Below, piece after piece: positions 28,584 to 39,165 of a stretch of DNA of 64,000 nucleotides (position 1 is the first letter of the stretch; each line of letters begins with the position of its first letter). Source of the DNA: Candidatus Levyibacteriota bacterium (GTDB lineage: Bacteria > Patescibacteriota > Microgenomatia > Levybacterales > UBA12049); assembly GCA_016214555.1 (NCBI GenBank), contig JACROF010000016.1:633-64632 (forward strand). The letters run 5' to 3'. The notes below the pieces were generated by a model. The model was not told the DNA's origin. It made no database searches and saw only the letters and a list, made by a program, of their open reading frames with translations. Both the position numbers and the translations under genes were made by a program.

Positions 28584-29627
28584 ATGGAGATTCTGTTCTC
28601 TATAAATGATAGTATTGCTCAGATTTTTTCTGTTTTATCCTTTAGACAGTATGGTATCAACATGCTTGATATCGTTATTATTTTTGTTGTACTTTTTTAT
28701 GTTTATGAGGGGTATACAAATGGCTTTATTCTTTCTGCTCTAGACCTATGTAGCTTTATAGTATCATTTCTTCTCGGGCTTTTATTTTTTGATAAATTTG
28801 GTGGGGTGGTCACTCAGCTTTTTTCAGTCCCAACGGGATTTGCAAATGCTCTTGGGTTTTTGTGTATTGCAGGCATCACTGAGTTTGCCTTGTCAATCTT
28901 TCTTCGGAGATTTTCTCTTCCAGCATTCTTTCATAAAAAAACGGAAGACACTTTTATTGGAGGGTTAAATCGTTTTTTTGGCGTTCTTCCTGGGTTGGCA
29001 TGCTCATACATATTGTTATCTTTTCTTTTGACTGTTATTGTTGCTCTCCCATCCTCACCTGTTTTAAAAAATTTAGTAGCTACGTCGCGTTTTGGTAGCG
29101 CTCTTGTGTCTCATGCCGCAAAAATCCAGCATGATCTTAATGGTTTTTTTGGAGAGTCCACGAAAGATAACCTCAATGTTTTAACTATAAAACCGCAAAG
29201 CGAGGAGTCTGTTAAGCTTCATTTTACCGTTGATTCACCATCTGTTGATAAAAGCGCCGAAAAGGAAATGTTTGATCTTGTAAATGAAGAAAGGAAAAAG
29301 GCAGGACTCCCTCTTTTATCAGTTGACGATGAACTCACTAAGTTAGCTAGGTCATATGCAACCGATATGCTTAAGATGGGCTTTTTTTCTCATTATGATC
29401 TTGAGAATAGATCACCTTTTGATCGGATGAATAATGCAGGAATCGGTTTTGTTCGGGCAGGGGAGAACCTAGCTCTTTCACCAGGAGTATCTCTTGCTCA
29501 TCAAGGACTTATGAATAGTCCAGGGCATAAAGCAAACATCCTTTCGCCTCATTACCATAAGGTAGGAATTGGCGTTATGGATGGAGGAATATACGGCCAA
29601 ATGTTTGTGCAGGAATTTACCGATTAA
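28584..29627 (+). CDS. CvpA (colicin V production) membrane domain fused to CAP/SCP domain
   Basis: TM region with LNRFFG; LVNEERKKAG, GENLA, MNSPGHKANIL. Confidence 0.88.
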   Translation: MEILFSINDSIAQIFSVLSFRQYGINMLDIVIIFVVLFYVYEGYTNGFILSALDLCSFIVSFLLGLLFFDKFGGVVTQLFSVPTGFANALGFLCIAGITEFALSIFLRRFSLPAFFHKKTEDTFIGGLNRFFGVLPGLACSYILLSFLLTVIVALPSSPVLKNLVATSRFGSALVSHAAKIQHDLNGFFGESTKDNLNVLTIKPQSEESVKLHFTVDSPSVDKSAEKEMFDLVNEERKKAGLPLLSVDDELTKLARSYATDMLKMGFFSHYDLENRSPFDRMNNAGIGFVRAGENLALSPGVSLAHQGLMNSPGHKANILSPHYHKVGIGVMDGGIYGQMFVQEFTD

Positions 29628-29628
29628 T

Positions 29629-31332
29629 CTAGAGAGCGAAAAGGAAAAGCGCTCCTATAATCGTAAGAAGAATACCCCCCACAATAGTAATTGTTTGAGC
29701 AATACTTCCAGGACTCTCAATGGTTGGCGTTGGAGTTATCGTTGTGCCACTTGTTGGAGTGCTAGTTGCTACTGTTGCAGTTGGAGTATTCGATATAGTT
29801 GTTGGTGAAGGAGTTGTAGCTGTTGGGGTGACAGTAGTACCAGGAGTGGTTGTTACAGTCACAGTAGGTGAGGCTGATGGTGTTAAGGAGATAGTTGGAC
29901 TTACGGTTGGGACCGTAGGTGATGGTGAGGGAGACGTGCTTGGACTAGGTGAGGGGCTAGCGCTTGGACTTGGGCTGGGGGATGGCGAGGGAGATGTCGA
30001 TGGAAGTGGGCATGAAGCCTGAGCAGAGGCCGAAGGTCCTGTGCTGCAGCTATTGGTGGCGCTGACTGAGCAGGTATATGTCTTGCCGGGTTGGGCTGTG
30101 AAGACGACTTTAGTCTGTGGTGCATCAACACTTGAAGGGCCAAAGATGGTTTTACTATCTTCACTGTCAGCAGCTGATTCTTTGACCTCAACGGTATAGC
30201 TTATTGCACCTGTAACTGGATCCCACTGACATGAGCCTTGCGTTACGGCGCAGGCATTTGGTGTCGATTCTTGGCTATTGCCAAAATTAACATCTGTTTG
30301 GTTTTGGGCATTAGCGATCGTAACGACTTGTTCTGTTTGGTTGTCGGTTGCTACCCAATCAGTGACAGAGTCTTCCTTAACAATATATGATCCATCGCAA
30401 AGTCCAGTGAAGATATAATTTCCTTCTGCATCAGTCTTGGTCGTTTGGATAGGAGTATCTCCCGTGTCTGAATAAAGATTAAGCTGCCAGTTGTTTATCT
30501 TTACCTCATCCTCATCAAAGACACCATTTTGATTAACGTCATAGTATTTAGAGCCACTAATAGATCCTTTCCCGATAATTTGAGCAATTTTGGTATAAAT
30601 AGCATCAAGAGTAGCTGCGTCTGGGGCAAAGAAGTAAAGGCCGCCAGAGTACGTTGCAATATTTGTGAGTAGTTGATCTTTAGCATCAGTACCAAATCCA
30701 ATAGTATAAAAGGTAACGTCATAGGTATTGTGGATAGAAATTGCCTTGTCTAATGCTCTTTGTTGCGCTTCAGCTTGATTTGCTACATCGCTACTTGGCT
30801 TGCCTCCGATAAATTGAGTAGCGCCTCCATCAGTGAGCATAACAGCCACGTTTTTAATGCCGTCTCGTTGATTGGGCGCAAAATCTTTTATAGCAGCATC
30901 AAGTCCGCATTCGATGCATGTTCCTCCCTCGTAGTTAATTGCAGAGAGAGCCGTTTTAATTTTTGTAAGATCGGACGTGAGAGCTTGTTCGACTTTGACG
31001 AGCGTGTCGGTACTAATGGTGCTAAGGCTTACCTCGTGGAGGGGAGTTTGTGTCCGTTTTGCAAGGATATCAATAAATTTAGAAGCGGCGTTTCGCGCAC
31101 TCTCAAGCCTTGTTGTTGTATCAGTTGTGCTCGTTGGTGATCTCATGCTTCCTGATTTATCAAAAATAAGCATGGTGTCTGTTGGTTGATCGGCAACACA
31201 GACTGTTGGCGATGGTTCTGCAGCTCTTTGTCGTACATCCTGTTGCTGTTGACTTAGATATACTGCTACCCCAACCCCAACAAGAAGAACAACAACTAGT
31301 ATTAGAGCTAATATTTTTTTAGAAATTCTCAT
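29629..31332 (-). CDS. Surface protein: vWA domain, SdrD B-like domain, FN3-like segment, S/T/P-rich stalk, C-terminal TM
   Basis: MIDAS DKSGS and LTDG; ISGSKYYDVNQNG..TDAEGNYIF. Confidence 0.85.
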   Translation of the reverse strand: MRISKKILALILVVVLLVGVGVAVYLSQQQQDVRQRAAEPSPTVCVADQPTDTMLIFDKSGSMRSPTSTTDTTTRLESARNAASKFIDILAKRTQTPLHEVSLSTISTDTLVKVEQALTSDLTKIKTALSAINYEGGTCIECGLDAAIKDFAPNQRDGIKNVAVMLTDGGATQFIGGKPSSDVANQAEAQQRALDKAISIHNTYDVTFYTIGFGTDAKDQLLTNIATYSGGLYFFAPDAATLDAIYTKIAQIIGKGSISGSKYYDVNQNGVFDEDEVKINNWQLNLYSDTGDTPIQTTKTDAEGNYIFTGLCDGSYIVKEDSVTDWVATDNQTEQVVTIANAQNQTDVNFGNSQESTPNACAVTQGSCQWDPVTGAISYTVEVKESAADSEDSKTIFGPSSVDAPQTKVVFTAQPGKTYTCSVSATNSCSTGPSASAQASCPLPSTSPSPSPSPSPSASPSPSPSTSPSPSPTVPTVSPTISLTPSASPTVTVTTTPGTTVTPTATTPSPTTISNTPTATVATSTPTSGTTITPTPTIESPGSIAQTITIVGGILLTIIGALFLFAL

Positions 31333-31334
31333 GA

Positions 31335-32597
31335 TTAATTTTCTCCTTCTTTACAGTATGGACATGTCACTTTAATGTTTTTAACAGCAGGAGGCGTTGG
31401 GCATGTTGAAGGTGAAGGGGAGGGTATTTCCTCTGTTGGCGTTGGAATGCTTGGGGATGGTGACACTGAAGGAGACGGCGAAGGCGAAGGGGAAGGTGAA
31501 GGAGACACGGAAGGAGATATAGATGGGGACGGCGTTGGTGGAGTAGGTGTTGGAACGACGGGTTTGCAGACACTAAGATTGGTATTGTAGTAGCCATCAA
31601 GATAGGTTTTTTTCCCTGTATACCAATTGTCAGGAAGATGGTATGAAGGAATAATAGCATTTTTAAAAACATCTATTTGCCATGCGCAGTTTGGTACGCT
31701 TACCGTGAGATAAATAGTTTTTTTTGGCTCTAGTCTATAGGTAAGTGCACTGTAGGGAGTTTGAGTCCAGATCCAGTCAAATTTATCGGGACATTCCTGG
31801 GGAGTGCAATCAGGATAAGGAACAGGATACTTGATATATGCTTGATACGAGGCAAGACCAACAGTATATGGTTGCGTAGACGACGTGTTGGTTATTTTTG
31901 CAAAGGCTTTACCATTTGATGACCCTTCAGTAACGCATGCTGTAAGATCTGGCTCAAAATTATTTTCATCTGCAACGCAGGTAAGAGAAGAAAAACCAGA
32001 TGGTACAGTTGTAGAGGTGGTACCTGCCACATAGCGGTTGCTACTAACTCTATAGGTGAAGGAAATTTGGTTATTATCATAATTACTTTCAGTTACGTGT
32101 TTGTTATAGTTAATAAAAGCTTTTGCTGTATATTGTCCAGATGATGATTTGCTCCAGAATTTATTTGTTATAAAATGACCTTTTTGTGCGCTCGTATAAA
32201 TAGAGTCATAGAGTTCGGATTGCTGGCTGGCAAATTGACCATTTTTCATCTCAACCCCGACATCAGATTTGGTGTTGGGGGCAATGACTGTTCCCTCTGC
32301 AACATTGCTATAAATTTGTGTATAGGTGCCATCAGCTGATACTCCTTTTGCCCCCCCTTGATTTTTGAGAGTGATGCGCACATAAATATCCTCATTGGGA
32401 GCAAAAACATCTCTCACATTTCCTCCAGCATCAGTAAGCTGGAGAGATTCCACAATCAGGTCTGCCTCAGTTGCTGCATTGGGAGTAAGGTTTTGTTGTC
32501 TTTGAGAAAGGAATACGACAAGAGGAATGCTTAGGAGAATAAAAAGAATTACAATAAGAGTAATCAATCTTTTTTTAGAACCTTGCGTGGTGTTCAT
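31335..32597 (-). CDS. Surface protein with CARDB-like Ig domain and PS-rich stalk
   Basis: N-terminal TM; ADLIVESL..LKNQG..ESNYDNN; C-terminal CPYC. Confidence 0.7.
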   Translation of the reverse strand: MNTTQGSKKRLITLIVILFILLSIPLVVFLSQRQQNLTPNAATEADLIVESLQLTDAGGNVRDVFAPNEDIYVRITLKNQGGAKGVSADGTYTQIYSNVAEGTVIAPNTKSDVGVEMKNGQFASQQSELYDSIYTSAQKGHFITNKFWSKSSSGQYTAKAFINYNKHVTESNYDNNQISFTYRVSSNRYVAGTTSTTVPSGFSSLTCVADENNFEPDLTACVTEGSSNGKAFAKITNTSSTQPYTVGLASYQAYIKYPVPYPDCTPQECPDKFDWIWTQTPYSALTYRLEPKKTIYLTVSVPNCAWQIDVFKNAIIPSYHLPDNWYTGKKTYLDGYYNTNLSVCKPVVPTPTPPTPSPSISPSVSPSPSPSPSPSPSVSPSPSIPTPTEEIPSPSPSTCPTPPAVKNIKVTCPYCKEGEN

Positions 32598-32710
32598 AGC
32601 AAAAAACCTCTGAAAAAATCAGATTAATTCCATCATAGTTAGTATGAAGTGTCTTCGTCAACCAGAGTCTCATGTTGTGTTTATGACTACTGGTTTCCTA
32701 TACTGAGTAT

Positions 32711-33745
32711 ATGGTTCGTGTTGCTATTAATGGGTATGGAAGAATAGGAAGAATAGCTCATAGGGTTATCCTTCAAAAATACAAAGAAGAGATTCAGGTA
32801 GTTGCTGTTAACGCAGGATCATCAACAGATCTTGCTGGATGGAAGTATCTCCTTAAGTATGACTCCGTGTATGGGGCGCTACCAATCCCCATTGAGGTAG
32901 AAGAAAAAACATCTGATGACCCTGAGAATTTTCTAGGAAAATTTCTTATAAACAATGAGGTTATTGCCGTCTATTCACAAAAAGATCCTCAGCTTTTGCC
33001 CTGGAAAGATCTTCAGATAGATGTTGTTATCGAGTCAACTGGCGCTTTTGAAACCAGGGAAGGTCTTGAAAAACATATTCAGGCTGGAGCTAGAAAAGTA
33101 GTTTTGTCAGCTCCTGCAAAGGACGACGTGGAGACGATAGTCCTGGGAGTTAATGAGCTTCTCTATAAAGGAGAGAGAGTATTGAGTAACGCCTCATGCA
33201 CTACCAACTGCATCGCGCCTGTTGCCAAGGTGATGCACGAACAATTCGGTATCGAAAAAGCAATGTTGACAACTGTCCATGGATATACTTCAGATCAAAG
33301 ACTGCAAGACGGAGGCCATAAAGACTATCGAAGGGCACGAGCTGCAGGGCTAAATATTGTTCCTACCTCAACAGGAGCAACAAAGACCCTTGAAAAAACA
33401 ATCCCTGAGCTTGGTGGTCGATTTAGTGGTGTGGCGCTTCGTGTTCCTGTTCCTGTTGGTTCGCTATCAGATTTCACCTTTCTCCTTTCACGATCGACGA
33501 CAAAAGAGGAAGTAAACGATACTTTTAAGCGACTGGCTGCATCGCCTGAATTTTCTCATATCTTGGAAGTAACTGAGGACCCTCTTGTCTCCAGCGACAT
33601 TATCGGTAACCCGCATTCTGCAATTGTTGATCTTTCACTCACGCAAGTTGTTGGGGGAAATATGGTAAAAGTCGTCGCGTGGTATGACAACGAATATGGA
33701 TACGCAAACCGTCTTGTTGAAGAAGTTCTTCTTGCTGCATCCTGA
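32711..33745 (+). CDS. gap: Glyceraldehyde-3-phosphate dehydrogenase type I
   Basis: INGYGRIGR, ASCTTNC, WYDNEYGY. Confidence 0.98.
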   Translation: MVRVAINGYGRIGRIAHRVILQKYKEEIQVVAVNAGSSTDLAGWKYLLKYDSVYGALPIPIEVEEKTSDDPENFLGKFLINNEVIAVYSQKDPQLLPWKDLQIDVVIESTGAFETREGLEKHIQAGARKVVLSAPAKDDVETIVLGVNELLYKGERVLSNASCTTNCIAPVAKVMHEQFGIEKAMLTTVHGYTSDQRLQDGGHKDYRRARAAGLNIVPTSTGATKTLEKTIPELGGRFSGVALRVPVPVGSLSDFTFLLSRSTTKEEVNDTFKRLAASPEFSHILEVTEDPLVSSDIIGNPHSAIVDLSLTQVVGGNMVKVVAWYDNEYGYANRLVEEVLLAAS

Positions 33746-33768
33746 GTATAATTTGCTATACTACCTCA

Positions 33769-34341
33769 ATGGATAACGCTATAAAAGTTCGCAACATAAC
33801 GATTTCTGGAAGAATTGGTAGCGGTGCATCAACTCTAGCTAAAAAATTGGCTGAAGAATTAGGCTGGCAAATGCTTGATGGCGGGAAGTTGTTTAGGAAA
33901 ATTAATGAGGAGTTAGGGTTTAGTATTACGCAGACTGAAAAAAGGCCTGATCATTTCGACTTGGAATATGAAGAGCGAATTAAAAAAATGCTGCGTGAAG
34001 AAGAGCATCGTATCATCCAAAGTCACCTTGCTGGTTTTGATGCGCAGGGAATCCCGGGTGTTTTTAAAATTCTTTTAGTGTGTGAGGATGAAGGTGAAGA
34101 TGTCCCGGCGGTTAGGATTGATAGGCTTGTTAATCGTGATGGGGTAGCAGTTGAGGAGGCAAAGTATGAAGTTATTGAAAGAGAACGTCAACATCTCAAT
34201 AAATTTCGAAGGCTTTATGTCAATAATGATACCTCTTGGGTGTATTGGGATAAAAAATATTACGACTGTGTTATTAATACGTTTACTCATAATCAAAAAT
34301 CAGTATTTGAAATAGCACTTGAATCTCTTAAAAATGCGTAA
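33769..34341 (+). CDS. Cytidylate kinase-like P-loop kinase
   Basis: ITISGRIGSGASTLA. Confidence 0.75.
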   Translation: MDNAIKVRNITISGRIGSGASTLAKKLAEELGWQMLDGGKLFRKINEELGFSITQTEKRPDHFDLEYEERIKKMLREEEHRIIQSHLAGFDAQGIPGVFKILLVCEDEGEDVPAVRIDRLVNRDGVAVEEAKYEVIERERQHLNKFRRLYVNNDTSWVYWDKKYYDCVINTFTHNQKSVFEIALESLKNA

Positions 34342-34385
34342 CTCTTGCATTGCAGGTAGCCATCAATTATGATGTCGCTACTTGT

Positions 34386-34928
34386 ATGCGAGTTCTCCTG
34401 ATCCTTTTTGTTTTCCTTTTTGTTCCCCAAAAAATATTTGCTCAAGTGAGTACGACTCCAGGAAACCTCGTGCCACTTGTTGCGCCCCATGATGAATATG
34501 TTCTTCCATACCCTGGTATGTTGCCGGATAACCCTTTTTATTTTATTAAGACAATCAGAGATACGGTGGTCCTTTTTTTGATTACCGATCCTAGTAAAAA
34601 GGCGGATTTTAATCTTCTTCAGGCAAGTAAGCGATTTCAAGCAGGTGTTTTTCTCATGAAGAAAAATCACGCAAAAGCCCCTTTGGCTTTTTCTACTCTT
34701 AGTAAGGGGATTCAATATTTCTCACATGCAATTGCCATCACTTTGGAACTTAAAAAAGAACGAGCGGATGTATCGTATCTAACAACGCAGCTCTCTCAGT
34801 CACTTGTACAATACAAAAGTATGCTTGCTGATCTTTCAACTTCTTTTCCTCAGGACAAAATACAGATCAAAGAATTACAAGACACATTGCTGCCATTTGA
34901 TCATCAGCTCTTTTTACTATCAAAATAG
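34386..34928 (+). CDS. Secreted hypothetical protein (DUF5667-like)
   Basis: PGMLPDNPFYFIK motif. Confidence 0.7.
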   Translation: MRVLLILFVFLFVPQKIFAQVSTTPGNLVPLVAPHDEYVLPYPGMLPDNPFYFIKTIRDTVVLFLITDPSKKADFNLLQASKRFQAGVFLMKKNHAKAPLAFSTLSKGIQYFSHAIAITLELKKERADVSYLTTQLSQSLVQYKSMLADLSTSFPQDKIQIKELQDTLLPFDHQLFLLSK

Positions 34929-35059
34929 AGTTTTCACAACAGTATTGTAAGAATTTCACAAGATCTGAGGCTATGGTTTCCCGAAAAATTGCCGTGATAT
35001 AGATAGATATATTTTTCAGTATTGACATTGATACTGGTAGAGCCATATAGTTTTTTAGG

Positions 35060-35075
35060 ACACTACATATAAATT
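35060..35075. promoter_or_regulatory. Possible NrdR box (a second candidate at 35569-35584)
   Basis: ACACTACATATAAATT partially matches acaCwAtATaTwGtgt, upstream of nrdR-nrdJ. Confidence 0.35.
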
Positions 35076-35120
35076 ATTTCATAATGAAATGTAGTTCTAT
35101 AGGAGCCTGAGGAGAATAAT

Positions 35121-35570
35121 ATGCATTGTCCCTATTGCGGGAGTAGAGAATCAGAAGTTGTTGAGACAAGGGACAGTGAAGATATGGACGCCATTAGGCG
35201 TCGCCGAGCATGTCACATATGCGAGAGGAGATTTACTACCTATGAGCGAATCGAGACGGTAAATCTGCTGGTTATAAAAAAAGACGGAAGACGAGAGCAG
35301 TTCAATAGAGATAAGTTAAAAGCGGGATTGATCAGGGCGTGTGAGAAAACAACGATTTCTGTTGATGAGATAGATAGAATTATTACCGAGGTAATTCATG
35401 AATTACGAGGAGGAGATTCGGTTGAAGTGCGAAGCGAGCTGATTGGGCAATTGGTTGCAGACGAGTTGAAGAAACTTAACAAAATTGCCTATATTCGATT
35501 TTCAAGTGTTTTCAAAAGATTTGTAGATGTTGAGGATTTTGAAAACGAAGTTAAAAAATTAATACACTAA
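35121..35570 (+). CDS. nrdR: Transcriptional repressor NrdR
   Basis: CPYC..RRRRAC..RFTTYE plus ATP cone, AYIRFSSVF. Confidence 0.97.
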   Translation: MHCPYCGSRESEVVETRDSEDMDAIRRRRACHICERRFTTYERIETVNLLVIKKDGRREQFNRDKLKAGLIRACEKTTISVDEIDRIITEVIHELRGGDSVEVRSELIGQLVADELKKLNKIAYIRFSSVFKRFVDVEDFENEVKKLIH

Positions 35571-35577
35571 ACTATAT

Positions 35578-38028
35578 ATGGCTGTACAATTAGACGGGAT
35601 TAGACAAAAAGTATTCTTAGATCGTTATGCCTTAAAAGATAAGGAAGGTTCTCTTATTGAGAAAACTCCTGAGGAGATGTGGAAAAGAGTGGCAAAGGGA
35701 ATTGCTGCAAATGAAAAAAAAGCCGACCAAAAGAAGTGGGAGAGAGAGTTTTATAAGGCTATGGAAGGGTTCAAATTTGTCCCTGCTGGCAGAATCCTTT
35801 CTGGTGCTGGCACAGAATATCAGGTAACGTATTTTAATTGTTTTGTCATACCAAGCCCCAAAGACTCACGACATGGTATCTTAGAAGCATTAGGTCAGCT
35901 TGTTGAAATCCAGGCAAGATCTGGTGGAGTCGGACTCAATCTTTCATCGCTTCGTCCAAAAGGAGCAAGGGTTAAAAAAGTCAACGGAACCTCAAGTGGA
36001 CCTGTTAACTGGGCAACTCTTTTTTCTGTTGCGACACATGATATTGTTCAACAGGGTGGGTCTCGCAGGGGAGCAACAATGCTTATGCTTTGGGATTGGC
36101 ACCCAGACGTTGAGGAGTTTATTACCGTTAAAGAGGATCTCAGTAAGATCAACGGAGCAAATCTTTCTGTTTGTGTCTCAGATGCCTTTATGGAAGCTGT
36201 CAAAAAAGACGCTGATTGGGATCTTGTTTATCCTGATATCACCGATCCTGAATATGATGAAAAATGGGATGGTGAGATCGATAAATGGAGAGCGTTGGGA
36301 AAAAATGTTATTGTCTACAAAACGATCAAGGCTCGTTATCTTTGGGATCTCATCTGCACTGCTGCATGGAGAAGCGCTGAGCCAGGGCTTCATTTTATGG
36401 AGCGTTCCAACAAAAGAAGTAACACCTATTACTTTGAGCGCTTGATTGCAACCAATCCTTGTGGAGAGCAGCCGCTTGGCGCATGGGCTGTTTGTAACTT
36501 GGGGGCAATGAATCTTGCAGCGTATGTTAATGACGAAAAATTTGATTTTGAGTCATTTGGAAATGACGTTCGTGTAGCAATGCGCATGCTTGACAATGTT
36601 ATCGATCAGACTTACTACTTCTTTAAAGAAAATGAGGTATGCGCAAAAGATATTCGTCGAACTGGACTTGGCATTATGGGACTTGGGGATGCGCTTATTA
36701 AAATGATGCTTCCCTATGGCTCTGAAAAATCTATTCCTGTTATCGAAAAAATCTTTCAGACGCTTCGAGATAATGCATATGATGCATCAGCAGATCTGGC
36801 AAAAGAAAAAGGAGCGTTCCCTCATTTTGAGAAAGATAAGTATCTTGACGCCCATTTTGTTAAGCAACTTCCTCGTGCAATTAGGAAAAAAATTAGCGAG
36901 CAGGGTATACGAAACGCGGTACTTTTGACGATCGCTCCTACAGGAACAACATCTCTTGTCTCAGGTGTTTCAAGCGGCATTGAGCCAGTCTACGAATTTA
37001 GTTTTCGTCGAAAATGGAGAGGTGGAGAAGAGATTATGTACCATCCATTATTTGATGAATGGAGAAAGACACATGAAGGAGAAGATAGACCTGATTATTT
37101 CGTCTCAGCAAATGACTTAACCCCCATGGAACATGTCAGAGTCCAGGCTGTTGCACAGGAATATATTGATTCCTCAATATCAAAAACAGTTAATGCTCCT
37201 AATGCACACACTGTGCAAGATGTAAAAGATCTTTATATGTTTGCTTATGATTATGGTCTTAAAGGCATTACGTATATGCGCGATGGTTCTCGTATGGGGG
37301 TACTGGAGAGACTTCCTGAGAAAAAAGAGGAAGTTAAGGAAGAAAAGCCAGTTGTTCCTGTCACGCCACGCGTTCCTCGTCCGATGGTTCTTGCGGGAAC
37401 AACCTATAAAGCAGACAGTCCAATTGGACGCATGTATGTTACGATCAACCACGACGAAACCAATCAGCCATTTGAAGTCTTTATCAACAACGGCAAATCA
37501 GGTTCAGATGTTATGGCTATGGCTGATGCTTTAGGACGAATGATATCTTTTGTCCTTCGTATCCACAGTACTGTTCCTCGTCGTGAAAGGATGCGTGAGA
37601 TTGTTTCAGAGTTAACAGGTATTGGTGGGGCTCGAAGCGTGGGATTTGGAGAGAACAGAGTCAGATCCCTTCCCGATGCTGTTGCTAAAGTGCTTGCGCG
37701 ACATAGCAATTTTAGAGTGAATGGAAAAGTTGAAGATAAACCCGTCGAGCCGGTAGCAGCGGATGTTTCTCCAGAGGCAAGTGGTGATGCTTTAGCAAAT
37801 GGCAACGGAAATGGTCACGCAACAAAAGGACAGGTATCATTCTTGACAAAAGTTGATCAAGTAGAGACTCAAGGAGAGCAGCTTGGATTTGCAGCAGCAA
37901 CAGTGCCTGCTGAGGCAATGCATACCAATACTAATCTTTTTGATATTTGTCCTGAGTGTGGCGCTGCGAGTTTTGCTTATGAAGAAGGTTGCAAAAAATG
38001 CTATGGCTGTGGCTATAGCGAATGTTAG
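35578..38028 (+). CDS. nrdJ: Class II adenosylcobalamin-dependent ribonucleotide reductase with C-terminal TSCPD/Zn-ribbon domain
   Basis: TNPCGEQ, APTGT, KGITYMRDG, EEGCKKCYGCGYSEC. Confidence 0.95.
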   Translation: MAVQLDGIRQKVFLDRYALKDKEGSLIEKTPEEMWKRVAKGIAANEKKADQKKWEREFYKAMEGFKFVPAGRILSGAGTEYQVTYFNCFVIPSPKDSRHGILEALGQLVEIQARSGGVGLNLSSLRPKGARVKKVNGTSSGPVNWATLFSVATHDIVQQGGSRRGATMLMLWDWHPDVEEFITVKEDLSKINGANLSVCVSDAFMEAVKKDADWDLVYPDITDPEYDEKWDGEIDKWRALGKNVIVYKTIKARYLWDLICTAAWRSAEPGLHFMERSNKRSNTYYFERLIATNPCGEQPLGAWAVCNLGAMNLAAYVNDEKFDFESFGNDVRVAMRMLDNVIDQTYYFFKENEVCAKDIRRTGLGIMGLGDALIKMMLPYGSEKSIPVIEKIFQTLRDNAYDASADLAKEKGAFPHFEKDKYLDAHFVKQLPRAIRKKISEQGIRNAVLLTIAPTGTTSLVSGVSSGIEPVYEFSFRRKWRGGEEIMYHPLFDEWRKTHEGEDRPDYFVSANDLTPMEHVRVQAVAQEYIDSSISKTVNAPNAHTVQDVKDLYMFAYDYGLKGITYMRDGSRMGVLERLPEKKEEVKEEKPVVPVTPRVPRPMVLAGTTYKADSPIGRMYVTINHDETNQPFEVFINNGKSGSDVMAMADALGRMISFVLRIHSTVPRRERMREIVSELTGIGGARSVGFGENRVRSLPDAVAKVLARHSNFRVNGKVEDKPVEPVAADVSPEASGDALANGNGNGHATKGQVSFLTKVDQVETQGEQLGFAAATVPAEAMHTNTNLFDICPECGAASFAYEEGCKKCYGCGYSEC

Positions 38029-38075
38029 TTGCTTTTTGCAATTAAAAGATTTATAAGATAAAACAAAACAACAAC

Positions 38076-38158
38076 TATATCGGAAATCATGGTGACTCGA
38101 TCAAGTCAAGCGGGAATTCCATGGCTATGCCGTAACTGTACAGTCAGAAAACGATATA
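38076..38158 (+). promoter_or_regulatory. Cobalamin riboswitch (compact) 1
   Basis: TATATCG..GAAAT-CATGG-TG..AATT-CCATG-GCT-ATGCCG-TAACTGT..AGTCAG..CGATATA; hairpin ATCCTTCT/AGAAGGAT plus T-run just before ATG 38222. Confidence 0.8.
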
Positions 38159-38221
38159 TTTGTAATATTCTCCCGAGCAGGAATTCTTGTTAGATCCTTC
38201 TTGGGAAAGAAGGATTTTTTT

Positions 38222-38644
38222 ATGGTAAATAAAGACAAAAAACGAGTGGATTTAACGCCAATAAGGCGGTTAAAACTTTCTCTTCTGAGCGGATTTCTTT
38301 TTGTGATTATTATTGGTGTGATGTTTACTTTTTCACACAAGGTTTATGAGTCCGGTACTCACACAAATCAAAAAATATCTGAATATAGTCAAAAAGTGTC
38401 TGAAAGAGACTATTTTTCCTACCAGGGGACAAATGGGAAAGATGCTTTGGAAATGCTGCAAAAATTAACCAATGTCCAACAAGACAGTTCAGGTCTTGTC
38501 ATTTCAATTAATGGACGAAGAGCCCTATCTGATAAAAGAGAATATTGGTCATTTTTTGTTAATGTAAAAATGGCTGAAGTTGGTACTGCTGAATACCAGA
38601 CAAGCGATAAAGATTTTATTGAGTGGAGAATTCAAAAATATTAA
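38222..38644 (+). CDS. DUF4430/transcobalamin-C-like putative B12-binding protein
   Basis: TM then VISING..YWSFFVN..AEVG..D.IEW; downstream of riboswitch. Confidence 0.8.
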   Translation: MVNKDKKRVDLTPIRRLKLSLLSGFLFVIIIGVMFTFSHKVYESGTHTNQKISEYSQKVSERDYFSYQGTNGKDALEMLQKLTNVQQDSSGLVISINGRRALSDKREYWSFFVNVKMAEVGTAEYQTSDKDFIEWRIQKY

Positions 38645-39165
38645 TGCGAGATTCAATTCTTTTCCCAATTTTTATTATTTTTCTTGGCGGTCTCATGCGA
38701 CTTGTGCCTCATGTTCCTAATTTCGCACCAATTACTGCAATAGCTCTTTTTGGAGGGATGTATATGAATAGGAAGTATGCTCTCATCTTGCCATTTATTA
38801 TTATGGTTATCTCAGATTTTTTTCTTGGTTTTCATGACACGCTAGTGTTTGTTTATGGAAGCTTTTTAATTTCTGGCTTACTAGGTCTTGGAGTAAGAGA
38901 GTATAAAACAGCGGGCCGAATTTTATTGATCACCATAGCAGCTTCAATACAATTTTTTATTATCACAAATCTTGGTGTTTTTCTTGCAGGACATATCTAC
39001 CCAAAAACAATACAAGGATTTATCGACTGCTATGTCATGGCCTTGCCATTTTTTCGCAATACTATTGTTGGTGATGTTTTGTTTACAACTTCGTTTATTC
39101 TCGCTTTTGAACTTCTAAAACAACTTGCTCACAAAGTAAAGCCTGCCTTAGTAAAGGAAAAATAA
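38644..39165 (+). CDS. Putative ECF-type cobalamin S component (DUF6580-like)
   Basis: PHVPNFAPITAIALFGG, FFIITN, CYVMALPFFRN. Confidence 0.8.
   Translation: MRDSILFPIFIIFLGGLMRLVPHVPNFAPITAIALFGGMYMNRKYALILPFIIMVISDFFLGFHDTLVFVYGSFLISGLLGLGVREYKTAGRILLITIAASIQFFIITNLGVFLAGHIYPKTIQGFIDCYVMALPFFRNTIVGDVLFTTSFILAFELLKQLAHKVKPALVKEK

Noticed and set aside
29720-30022. Gly/Val-rich antisense ORFs (also 20557-20841 and 31375-31590)
   Set aside because: Shadows of Pro/Thr/Ser-rich linkers on the opposite strand
35578-38028. Intein or intron in nrdJ
   Set aside because: Frame is continuous, catalytic motifs are normally spaced, and the extra length is explained by the C-terminal TSCPD/Zn-ribbon region
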